This document shows, piece after piece, positions 1 through 8,567 of a stretch of 64,000 nucleotides of DNA. Made by a program: the position numbers and the translations under genes. The notes beneath the pieces were generated by a model. That model ran no database searches and was not told the origin of the DNA. It saw nothing but the letters and a program-made list of their open reading frames with translations. The first letter of the stretch is position 1; the number at the start of each line of letters is the position of its first letter. Origin of the DNA: Minisyncoccia bacterium (GTDB lineage: Bacteria > Patescibacteriota > Minisyncoccia > Moranbacterales > GCA-2747515); the NCBI GenBank assembly GCA_041738235.1, contig JBGSQF010000013.1, positions 257,899 through 321,898 of the forward strand, read 5' to 3'.

Positions 1-44
1 TAATGCGATCGATCGCTGAAGATGTCTATTGGCCATAAAGAACT

Positions 45-254
45 TTATGCTTTTTTCTTCGCTTTTTTGGTTGCTTTTTTCATTGTATCCACAACTTCCT
101 TTCCTTTGTATTTTCCACAATTCGAACACACTCGGTGCGGTGTCTTGGGCGATCCACAATCAGAACAAACTCCAATATTTTTTGGTTTTTGCTGATATTG
201 AACACGTTTGCGATTCACTCTTCCTTGCGAATGACGTTGCTTTGGTACCGACAT
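45..254 (-). CDS. rpmF: 50S ribosomal protein L32, Zn-ribbon type; starts at an internal Met of track ORF 45..341
   Basis: MSVPKQRHSQGRVNRKR...VCSDCGSPKTPHRVCSNCGKY matches the L32 N-terminal signature and 4-Cys ribbon. Lys-rich tail. Confidence 0.8.
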   Translation of the reverse strand: MSVPKQRHSQGRVNRKRVQYQQKPKNIGVCSDCGSPKTPHRVCSNCGKYKGKEVVDTMKKATKKAKKKA

Positions 255-513
255 ATCTCGTTTCTTGAACCTGTTTACGATCTCGCCCGAGTAAGAGCCA
301 AAAAGGGCTTGTCGGTCAAAATTCCAAAAGTTCGGCTGCAAACCGTTTAGATCTCGTCGAAATACGATGGTATTTCTCCTTAACCTTCACGCCTTTCGCT
401 CGAAATTGTGAAATTTATGACTCGACACGAGTTCGTAAACAGGTTCTCACTAAATAATTACTTCCCCGAGGATACCAAAAAAATCAAAAAAAAGCAAATA
501 TTACATGTCTGCG

Positions 514-2025
514 CTACTCTTCGAGAACTCTTACCACCCCCGTATTAGCATCCACCTCCACCATCATACCATCCTTGAGAACCTTTGTAGCGATCTTGGT
601 ACCGATGATGCAGGGTTTTTTGAGCTCGCGAGAAACGATTGCTGCGTGACAGGTGACCCCACCTGTATTGGTAACGATCGCAGATGCCCTGTGGATAGCG
701 AGCATGAGCGTAGGATTGGTCGAGTAACTCACCAACACATCCCCCTCTTGCATCTTTACAACGTCGCGAGAACGATTAATGAGCTTCACCTTGCCTCGCG
801 CTATACCGGCGTACGCCACATCTCCCCTAAGCTCAGTTACTTTCTCCAATGATGTATCTTTTTCGACCACAAACATTTTCTCAATTCTTTTTCCCTGTTG
901 CCCCGTGATCAACTGTGTTTTTTTCCCTTTTAACGTATAGACCGTAAAAGCATACCGGCTATTTAAAACACTCTCATCGATCAAAGATCGGCCATCTATA
1001 AGAAGCTCCCCATACTCAGCAAGCGTTATATATCGCGCCTGCACTGATGTCCAATAAAACCGTCTTCCAATCTCGCGAAACCATGCTCCCATTACATAAC
1101 TCAGTTGGTATTGCTGATACTCTTTCCGACATTCCTTGGCGTAGGCCAGATCTCGAAGTATTTGTATCTCCTTATACACACCTCGCGGCAAGATCTTCTG
1201 TATTTTTTTATCCAATTCGCGTAATGATCCTTCCTCACGAATATATCGCTTTTCTTGGACAGATGGATCCTTATGCATATACCGTCCTAAAACATCCACA
1301 TAATACTCTTTCCCTGCCCCGATATCCATATAGTATGTCTGTAGCCATCCGTACTGACGCACCAAAGCCATGATGGACCGTTTCATGCTCATCGAAAGAA
1401 GTTTATACTCTTTTTTGCGGACCGCACCAACAGATCGTAGATCTTTTTTTACTTTTACGGCTAGTTTCAATATGGCACGCTGCTCCTTATACGTCAGTGT
1501 TTTCCCCAAGGGCGTGATCGCTTTTGCATACACCTCTTCAGGATTTTTAAATGACCTCAGGTACGGCATAACATGCGCCTTGACGCGTGTAGAATATTTA
1601 TCTGATCCCATTTCTAAGAACTGCCCGAACATTCCCCACGTCCAACACTCAGAGAACAGATCGTACGCCTTCTTGTAGATACCAAACAAAACCTTGTTCG
1701 AACAGCGAGAAAGGTCCTTCTTCTGTAGGGACGCGTTAAACCTCTCAATATCTTTGATGCGTGCAAATGTATTTTTGAGTATCTTCTCAATGAACTTCGG
1801 ATCTTTCTCAAGCATTTGCTGAACATAAATACCGCCTTGACTGAACTTTTTATCATTCACCCCCCATTTTATATGATCCTTCTTCCATACAAAGACAGCA
1901 TCCATGCTCAACGCTCCATCGCTCAATCTATCAAGACGCCTACTCAAAACATCATCATGCAAAATGTACCATGGATAAAATGGCACATTATAATCCTCCA
2001 ATATCGTGGTGTATTTCTGAGACAT
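514..2025 (-). CDS. Paralog 1 of the array: divergent N-terminal domain + C-terminal PEP-utilizing-enzyme phosphohistidine (swivel) domain
   Basis: C-terminus ...GDVLVSYSTNPTLMLAIHRASAIVTNTGGVTCHAAIVSRELKKPCIIGTKIATKVLKDGMMVEVD matches the PEP-utilizers mobile-domain motif GG.TSHAAI.ARE(L)G.P..VG. N-terminal ~380 aa of an unrecognised family. Confidence 0.8.
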   Translation of the reverse strand: MSQKYTTILEDYNVPFYPWYILHDDVLSRRLDRLSDGALSMDAVFVWKKDHIKWGVNDKKFSQGGIYVQQMLEKDPKFIEKILKNTFARIKDIERFNASLQKKDLSRCSNKVLFGIYKKAYDLFSECWTWGMFGQFLEMGSDKYSTRVKAHVMPYLRSFKNPEEVYAKAITPLGKTLTYKEQRAILKLAVKVKKDLRSVGAVRKKEYKLLSMSMKRSIMALVRQYGWLQTYYMDIGAGKEYYVDVLGRYMHKDPSVQEKRYIREEGSLRELDKKIQKILPRGVYKEIQILRDLAYAKECRKEYQQYQLSYVMGAWFREIGRRFYWTSVQARYITLAEYGELLIDGRSLIDESVLNSRYAFTVYTLKGKKTQLITGQQGKRIEKMFVVEKDTSLEKVTELRGDVAYAGIARGKVKLINRSRDVVKMQEGDVLVSYSTNPTLMLAIHRASAIVTNTGGVTCHAAIVSRELKKPCIIGTKIATKVLKDGMMVEVDANTGVVRVLEE

Positions 2026-2052
2026 AAACTACCCCCAAAAAAAAATTTATTC

Positions 2053-3615
2053 CTATTTTTGTACTATCCTTACGATCCCCTCATCCGCATTTACTTCTAC
2101 TTTCATCCCATCCTGAAGCACCTGTAAAGCCATTTTGATCCCGGTTACACAAGGCGTACCGAGTTCACGAGAAACGATAGCTGCATGACACGTAATTCCA
2201 CCATCTTCCGTTACAATAGCCGAAGCCAATTTCATTGCTGGCACCAATGACGGAAAAGTTGTATGTGCCACCATAATATTTCCCCTACTCATCTTGGGTA
2301 TCTCTTCCGGAGTATTTACAATAACCACTTTCCCACGCGCTTGTCCTGAACAAGCGCATGTTCCTCGGAGTTCTTTGCTTTTCGTATCCACCATGACTTC
2401 CTTAATATTCTGTTTTTCAAAGAAACTCCTTGCTTGGTCCCCAGTAAGTATACGAAATTTCCCCTTCTTATAATGCATAACAGAAAATTTCGCCCGTGCA
2501 TTTATCTCTATCATATCAGGATCTCTTTTCCCCGAAAGTGCTTCCCATATCTCCCGATGTGTCATGGTATGAAGTTGGTTGAGAGAAACAAACAACCTTC
2601 GAGAGATCTCTGTAAGCACCCGATCGAGCACATATGAGCCGAAGAATACACATTCTTTGCGATACCCCTTGAGAAATACAATATCAGCGGCAATCTCAAA
2701 AAACATCTGGTCTTTTTTATTTATACGAAGTTTTTGAACAATGGTTTTCTGTTCTTTTTTGACCTTATTTTGCCATCCCTGAAGACGCGACAGTTCTTTT
2801 TCTATATCAAACTTCTGTTTCAAGAGATGTGACCAGTTCTTCAAATAATGATCTATCTCATATGCGGGACCAAGATACCCAAAGGGCATCCATCGCCACT
2901 TCTCAAAATGTTTTTCGATCGCACGTCGTACATCCGATTTCACAGTATCGGGAATATGAGAAAAATCTTTCATCGTTAAGATTGACTTTTTTGAGCGTGC
3001 ATCGGCCTTAATTCTTCGTAATACTTTAAGAGACTCCTTTTCTTCTTTCATTCCAAGACTTTCCTCAGGAAGCGTTGTAAGAATACTGAATGCGTCGGCA
3101 AAATTTATATCTGACCCCGATCTCTTTACGAGGTCTTTTGCTTTTTCAATAAGCGCTCGAGAAAGGTCCTCTCCATCGCTGTCGACGAACCAGGTTGTTA
3201 TCAGTGCGTGCTGATGGGCCTTCTCCTGCCATCCCAACAGTTCTAAGAATATCTTCCCCAACTCTTTGTTTGTCAATTTCCCAAGGTCCTTGCGAAGTGT
3301 CTCCTTTGCAAAAGACAGGTACGCGCTATTTATCTCATATGTTTTCTTATGTACGGCATTGATCTTTTTTGGGTGGGTGTGGATAAGATTAATCGTTTTA
3401 TCGATTAAGGATCGCAGTTCTTTTGCCAAAAAATACCCGCCCAAGTTATACACCCCTTGATAGACAAAAAAACGTTCACCTAAAAAGACATCAGCATACC
3501 GAGGGCCAAACAATATTTTTTCCGCATTCGTCATCCCATACAAGCAAGGTGGGACTAAAAGATGGTATCCGCACTTATCCACCGAAAAATTTTTCACAAA
3601 GATCCGCTTAGCCAT
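2053..3615 (-). CDS. Paralog 2: divergent N-terminal domain + PEP-utilizing His domain (most divergent C-terminus of the set)
   Basis: ...GNIMVAHTTFPSLVPAMKLASAIVTEDGGITCHAAIVSRELGTPCVTGIKMALQVLQDGMKVEVN. Confidence 0.75.
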   Translation of the reverse strand: MAKRIFVKNFSVDKCGYHLLVPPCLYGMTNAEKILFGPRYADVFLGERFFVYQGVYNLGGYFLAKELRSLIDKTINLIHTHPKKINAVHKKTYEINSAYLSFAKETLRKDLGKLTNKELGKIFLELLGWQEKAHQHALITTWFVDSDGEDLSRALIEKAKDLVKRSGSDINFADAFSILTTLPEESLGMKEEKESLKVLRRIKADARSKKSILTMKDFSHIPDTVKSDVRRAIEKHFEKWRWMPFGYLGPAYEIDHYLKNWSHLLKQKFDIEKELSRLQGWQNKVKKEQKTIVQKLRINKKDQMFFEIAADIVFLKGYRKECVFFGSYVLDRVLTEISRRLFVSLNQLHTMTHREIWEALSGKRDPDMIEINARAKFSVMHYKKGKFRILTGDQARSFFEKQNIKEVMVDTKSKELRGTCACSGQARGKVVIVNTPEEIPKMSRGNIMVAHTTFPSLVPAMKLASAIVTEDGGITCHAAIVSRELGTPCVTGIKMALQVLQDGMKVEVNADEGIVRIVQK

Positions 3616-3740
3616 ACCCGTTCAGAAAAAGAAATTATAACCCTCCCTACTCTCATCCTAAACCACAAACACGAAACATTCAAGCATTCTCAGACAATAA
3701 AAAATGAGAAAAACCTTTGTTCTTACGCTGTCACGGGGTA

Positions 3741-3769
3741 TTGACAAGTATGGTTAAATATGCTATACT
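3741..3769 (+). promoter_or_regulatory. Consensus sigma70-like promoter TTGACA-17nt-TATACT driving the plus-strand gene at 3843
   Basis: ttgacaagtatggttaaatatgctatact. Perfect -35 hexamer, 17-nt spacer, -10 TATACT, about 70 nt upstream of an AGGAGG Shine-Dalgarno (3832-3837) and ATG 3843. Confidence 0.6.
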
Positions 3770-3783
3770 GGAACGTTCGGAAA

Positions 3784-3800
3784 GTCGAGAACCTCTCGAC
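3784..3800 (+). promoter_or_regulatory. Perfect 7-bp inverted repeat (gtcgaga-acc-tctcgac) in the 5'UTR between the promoter and the SD; candidate operator or RNA hairpin
   Basis: gtcgagaacctctcgac is a perfect palindrome located between the -10 element and the ribosome-binding site. Confidence 0.35.
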
Positions 3801-3842
3801 TCCGGGCAATACCTCAACAGCAATTTAACATAGGAGGTCCTC

Positions 3843-4340
3843 ATGGACCAGAAAAAGATTTACGTTATAACCCATGGGTTGCGGGACGGGGGGTTCAACC
3901 CCACCCACAACCTCGAGGGTCACAGACAGATAACCCAGATCGCCCTCAGAATCGTCACGGAAACGCCCCGCGTTCCCATGATCATGAGTGGGGTCGGCGA
4001 GCGGTTCCTCGAGATTGTCGACACCCTCCTGAATGCGGGCATCGAGGCCGACGAGATGAAATATTCTCCCCTTTGTGGAACCCATGCGGGCCTCGACACA
4101 GGTGACGGCGGAACCAGGGTCGTCGTCTTGGGTGAGACCATGACGATTCCCTTCGACGACTGGTACTGGGCCCCGCCCAGCGTCGTCGACTACTGGGCAT
4201 TTCTCAACGAGTTGCCCGACGGCGCCGTAGTTTGCGCCGGGGGGGAGCTGATGATCTCCCTCGGCGGGCAACCCCATAAGGGTCGCCTCTTCGAGGTCGA
4301 CCCCGAGGCCCGTACCATCACCGATATTACCAACAGCTAG
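3843..4340 (+). CDS. Small protein (165 aa) on a high-GC island of foreign composition; possibly a divergent histidine-phosphatase-superfamily (SixA/PGAM-like) protein
   Basis: GC about 58-63% over 3.84-4.42 kb versus ~40-45% in flanks. Strong AGGAGG SD, unlike neighbouring genes. IYVITHGL (RHG-like) near the N-terminus and LCGTHAGLD (SHG-like) mid-protein resemble the two His motifs of the histidine phosphatase fold. The only plus-strand gene in the array. Confidence 0.5.
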   Translation: MDQKKIYVITHGLRDGGFNPTHNLEGHRQITQIALRIVTETPRVPMIMSGVGERFLEIVDTLLNAGIEADEMKYSPLCGTHAGLDTGDGGTRVVVLGETMTIPFDDWYWAPPSVVDYWAFLNELPDGAVVCAGGELMISLGGQPHKGRLFEVDPEARTITDITNS

Positions 4341-4472
4341 CCAGAGCCGTCAGCAGGCGCAAAGACGCCAGAAGGCCGGAGACATGCCATGTGATTTACA
4401 CTCACTGCGCATGACTCCGACCTTTAAAAATGGAAAAAATATTTTTAGGCTCTTCTGTCCCTCTGCATCATT

Positions 4473-5936
4473 TCATATTATCTTCACTGTCCCTTGGTGA
4501 GCGTCTACCTCTACCATCATACCATCCTTCAAAACCTTCGTGGCGATCTTGGTACCGACTATACAGGGGATCTTGAGTTCGCGAGAAACGATAGCGGCAT
4601 GGCATGTAATGCCCCCCTCCTCAGTCACAATGGCACTTGCTTTCTTCATGATCGAAACAGCTTCTGGACGAGTCATGCCAGTCACCAATATTTGGCCATC
4701 ACAAAAAGAATCTTGTTCTTTCTGAAAATGTCGTATGACCTTAACCTCTCCTCTCACTACTCCGGAAAAAGCAACTTGGCCCCGCAAGGTATCTTTCTGA
4801 TTCTGTACAGTTTGCGAGAAAGTGAATTCCTCGATCACCTTTTTATTCTCATCAAAAAGACCATTCTGCTTTTCTACGGATCCATGATAAGGAATAAGAA
4901 ATGATACTCCCGTTCTCTTTCGCTCCTTTATCTCTTCTAAAACGCTTTTGAGATACTTTGCTCCGCGCAAGATCTCAAAATATGAACAGTAATAAATGTA
5001 TTCATTCTCCAATCCAATATCTGAGAATAGGGGTTCTACCAAGCGATAAAGCACTGCAAGTGTTTTTCCAATAGTGTCTTTACGCAGATCCCGCATCTCC
5101 ATGATATATTGCAGATAATCTGCGAGTTTTTTTTCCCCCAAAGAGAGTGTTTGGCACATCTGTTTGAAGTGTTCACGCTTTCTCATAGACTCTTGCTCCC
5201 GCTCCTGCAAGACTGCCTTGGCCCTCGAGCGGAACGAACCATACTTATCATCAAGAGCCCTTAGCGTTTCTTTGTATCCCGGAACATAACTATAGTTAGC
5301 CTCAAAATACTGACACTTGTTTATCAATTCTTCATCTGGTAGCTCCTCCAAATAATAACAAAGGATCTGCTTCTCTCTGCGAATTTCAAAAGAATCCGCC
5401 ACCAAAAAACTTAAGTCCTTCCAAAGAAGATCTAAACGTGCTTTTGAAATGTCCGCTTTTAACTCGGTTAAGATCTTCCAACATAATTCCTGATCAAAAT
5501 AGATCGAAAAATGAGCTGCGGCGTTCATGTGCCATGTAGCATCTTTCATCTTTTCGACTCTGCTGGCCACCCATGAGAAAGAGTGTTGATCAATACATTC
5601 ATACGTGGACCCTTCGTATAACTTATCAACTTCTCGCATAAACCCGCGGATCAACGCATCTCTTTGGTGCAAATATAAAGGATCATTCCAACACTTCATA
5701 AACACCTCTCGAGTCATAGCCTTCATGGCGGTCAATGAAAGATGCATTGATCCACCATGCGCATCCTTGTCTACAAAAGAAGAGTACTGTATTGGACTTT
5801 CATAATACGAGGAGAAATACACGTCCTGATTCCATCCGCTACACTGAAAAAACGGTGACGCGTTGCGAATCGGCGGGGACATCTCTTGATCCCACATCAG
5901 GTCGATATATGTATCTGCAATAAGATTCTTTCTCAT
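4473..5936 (-). CDS. Paralog 3: divergent N-terminal domain + PEP-utilizing His domain
   Basis: ...GQILVTGMTRPEAVSIMKKASAIVTEEGGITCHAAIVSRELKIPCIVGTKIATKVLKDGMMVEVDAHQG. Confidence 0.8.
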   Translation of the reverse strand: MRKNLIADTYIDLMWDQEMSPPIRNASPFFQCSGWNQDVYFSSYYESPIQYSSFVDKDAHGGSMHLSLTAMKAMTREVFMKCWNDPLYLHQRDALIRGFMREVDKLYEGSTYECIDQHSFSWVASRVEKMKDATWHMNAAAHFSIYFDQELCWKILTELKADISKARLDLLWKDLSFLVADSFEIRREKQILCYYLEELPDEELINKCQYFEANYSYVPGYKETLRALDDKYGSFRSRAKAVLQEREQESMRKREHFKQMCQTLSLGEKKLADYLQYIMEMRDLRKDTIGKTLAVLYRLVEPLFSDIGLENEYIYYCSYFEILRGAKYLKSVLEEIKERKRTGVSFLIPYHGSVEKQNGLFDENKKVIEEFTFSQTVQNQKDTLRGQVAFSGVVRGEVKVIRHFQKEQDSFCDGQILVTGMTRPEAVSIMKKASAIVTEEGGITCHAAIVSRELKIPCIVGTKIATKVLKDGMMVEVDAHQGTVKII

Positions 5937-6024
5937 ACCTGTTACCAGTTACCCTTCAAAATTCTCACTGCCCCCTTCTCCGCCCTCCTCCGTCAAACCT
6001 CTGGCGGGTAAACATCCACCAAAA

Positions 6025-7512
6025 TTATATATCTTTCAATATCTTTACCACTCCTTTATTAGCGTCAACTTCTACCATCATACCATCTTTCAAAACCTTT
6101 GTGGCGATCTTGGTGCCGATGATGCAGGGTTTTTTGAGTTCGCGAGAAACGATGGCGGCGTGACAAAGGATCCCCCCCTCATCGGTAATAAACGCACCGG
6201 CACGTTCCATTGACGCTATGAAGTTCGGCGTAGTCATCGTAGCAACAAGCACATCACCCTTTTCAACACTCTCACCATCCTCGGGAATCAGAACGATCTT
6301 CACTTTCCCAACAACTTTACCCCGAAATGCTGTAACACCGTTAAAGCTCTGTACGAGTTCAGCACTTTGGTCAAAGACAGACCTTTCAGATATATATAGT
6401 GCTGCGGCGTCTCCCGAGAGAACACCGTAACCCGTTTCATCAGAATAACACAACATATCCCGTTTCCTCTCTAACAATTCCGCCTGATGGTCATACTTTC
6501 CCTGAAGCGCTTCGGTTACCTCGCTTGGTTCGAAATATAGTATGTCATGGTATGAGATGTTCAAGCGCTTTGCGGCTTCACGAAAAAGTGGTTGCATCAA
6601 AGCGCATGCGTGATGGAAATAATCCGCGCGCTGAGTTCTCAGATAGACAATATCCCGCACTTGATAGACCATCTGCATATCCTCCGAGGTCATGATCTCT
6701 TGCATCCGTCGAAGTGAATGGTCCACTTGATCCTTGTGTGCTTCATCCTCTTTCAAAGCCTGAACCGCCTCCTCATAGCTCAGTAACTTCAATCGTGCTT
6801 TAACATCTCCTTCCGTCCACCATGATCCGACAAAATACCGAACTCCCAACCATCCAAATGATCGCACATGTTCCCGAATTCTTTCATCAATGTTCTCTTT
6901 TCTAAGAAGTACAAGATCCAGAAGATGCTTTCGCTCCCTGTCCGTGTCCGTTGAACGACTCGAACATGTTGCCGCCTCGAACCAACTCTCATATTCCTGT
7001 TCGGTCGATGCATGCTCCCGCAAGATCCGATCCACGATATCCATCTCCGGCTTCTCGAAAAATGCGATCGTATACCAAGCGCTATATGTTGAGGCTCTAT
7101 CAGCAAATACACCTATCTTCTCACACAGATCGTTCGTTAGTAGCGCCTCAAGATCCTTTTCCACTAAGAGAGACTCCGATAATTTGACCAAGTCTTCACC
7201 AGCAGACTCACAATCCTTTATAAGGTTGTCAATATACTCTTTTCCTTCTGTCTCTATCTTTTTCCGCACCTGAACAGCAAACTGATCACGCTTATCAAGT
7301 ACATTAAAGAAATCATAATTATGTTTCTCATGATCGGCGATATGCTTAAACCACGGAACAGGATGTGTTAATTGCATTGCTTGAGATAAGACCTCCACAT
7401 CCTCAAGCCCCCTGAGTATAAGAGAGGATGCCAGGAAAGGTTCCGTTCTTTGCCCGAAATATACGATATTGTCATTATCTATCTTTGGGATTTCCCTCTT
7501 TGGTCTTCTCAT
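6025..7512 (-). CDS. Paralog 4: divergent N-terminal domain + PEP-utilizing His domain
   Basis: ...GDVLVATMTTPNFIASMERAGAFITDEGGILCHAAIVSRELKKPCIIGTKIATKVLKDGMMVEVDANKG. The 3' ~100 nt are nearly identical to paralog 6. Confidence 0.8.
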   Translation of the reverse strand: MRRPKREIPKIDNDNIVYFGQRTEPFLASSLILRGLEDVEVLSQAMQLTHPVPWFKHIADHEKHNYDFFNVLDKRDQFAVQVRKKIETEGKEYIDNLIKDCESAGEDLVKLSESLLVEKDLEALLTNDLCEKIGVFADRASTYSAWYTIAFFEKPEMDIVDRILREHASTEQEYESWFEAATCSSRSTDTDRERKHLLDLVLLRKENIDERIREHVRSFGWLGVRYFVGSWWTEGDVKARLKLLSYEEAVQALKEDEAHKDQVDHSLRRMQEIMTSEDMQMVYQVRDIVYLRTQRADYFHHACALMQPLFREAAKRLNISYHDILYFEPSEVTEALQGKYDHQAELLERKRDMLCYSDETGYGVLSGDAAALYISERSVFDQSAELVQSFNGVTAFRGKVVGKVKIVLIPEDGESVEKGDVLVATMTTPNFIASMERAGAFITDEGGILCHAAIVSRELKKPCIIGTKIATKVLKDGMMVEVDANKGVVKILKDI

Positions 7513-8195
7513 ATGTTGACAATAGACTCTTTTTTTATGATCTTTACCACCCCATTCTCCACATCTACTTCGACCAGATCCCCGTCTTTCAAAACCTTTG
7601 TGGCGATCTTGGTTCCGATGATGCAGGGTTTTTTGAGTTCTCTGGCAACAATGGCCGCGTGACAGAGCATGCCTCCCTCATCGGTTATGAATGCCGACGC
7701 CCTCTTCATAGCCGGCAGAAACTCGGGAATGGTCATCGGAGACACGATAATCTCTCCTTCTTGAACCTCCAAAACATGCCTAAGGTTTCGAACAACTCTC
7801 ACAAGCCCCCTGATTGACTCTCCTTCATATGCAGTTTGTCCGATAATTTCTTTCACTAAGATCTTGGATGTCTTCTTATTCTCAAAAAGTAAATTCGGAT
7901 GTTTCTTTTCAAATTTAGACAATCTTTCCTGTTCCCCATATGCACCGGGAATATATACAAAATGCTCACTCCTCAATCTAAGGACTTCCGACGTCGGAGG
8001 ATTTCTTATTTCTTCTTCAAGAATATAATTTTGATACCCTCTCAACTCAGGATAAAGAACTTCCAACGTCGCAGAAAGAACTCTTCCTCCGATATCAAAA
8101 TACTCATCTCCACTCCTCCAGCTCTTCACAATCCCTTTCAACTCTTCTGGGGTTCTACTATCTAGTAGTGTATTCCAAATATAAAAGAAATGCAC
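7509..8195 (-). CDS. Paralog 5, truncated (228 aa): retains the linker and PEP-utilizing His domain but lacks most of the N-terminal domain
   Basis: ...GEIIVSPMTIPEFLPAMKRASAFITDEGGMLCHAAIVARELKKPCIIGTKIATKVLKDGDLVEVD. ATGA start/stop overlap with paralog 4. Confidence 0.6.
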   Translation of the reverse strand: MHFFYIWNTLLDSRTPEELKGIVKSWRSGDEYFDIGGRVLSATLEVLYPELRGYQNYILEEEIRNPPTSEVLRLRSEHFVYIPGAYGEQERLSKFEKKHPNLLFENKKTSKILVKEIIGQTAYEGESIRGLVRVVRNLRHVLEVQEGEIIVSPMTIPEFLPAMKRASAFITDEGGMLCHAAIVARELKKPCIIGTKIATKVLKDGDLVEVDVENGVVKIIKKESIVNI

Positions 8196-8261
8196 ACAAT
8201 ATTTCTTGAATTGTTTTGCAAATTCTTTTAATTCAAATGCGCTCGATAAATTTTTCTTCTG

Positions 8262-8558
8262 CTAAATTGGATAGAAATACTCCTTCTGAATACTCTCAAA
8301 GTCATTAAGAATTTTCTCCAAAAAAGACAAGCTTGTTTTATTTTTAGACAGTATCTTATCCTGGATATATCGGACGGACTGCGAATTTTCCCATATCTCA
8401 ACTGCTCCATCATGTAAATAATATACAACTGGATACTTAAAAGGCAAAGATATATGCAACATCTTCTCTATGCCAAGAGAATTCGCATAATACCACGCTG
8501 CTTGCGTGATAATCTGTCGATCTCGAGTATAGGCCAACTTAAGAACCTCTTTTTGCAT
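8262..8558 (-). pseudogene. Orphan N-terminal fragment (98 aa) of an array paralog; with 7509..8195 it looks like a decayed or internally deleted copy
   Basis: PFKYPVVYYLHDGAVEIWE resembles the paralog 1 N-terminus PFYPWYILHDDVL. The locus is ~450 nt shorter than intact paralogs and split over two frames. Confidence 0.45.
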
Positions 8559-8567
8559 AGTTCTTGC

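Noticed and set aside
3825-4277. Long minus-strand ORFs (150, 73 and 72 aa) antisense to the 3843..4340 gene
   Set aside because: They are artefacts of the local high GC content (few stop codons). They have no start context or motif, and the plus-strand ORF has promoter, SD and coherent composition.
5937-6024. GC-rich 88-nt spacer between paralogs 3 and 4 with a short ccgcc/ggcgg inverted repeat
   Set aside because: The stem is only 5 bp with a 17-nt loop and no U-tract, which is insufficient for a terminator or riboswitch call.
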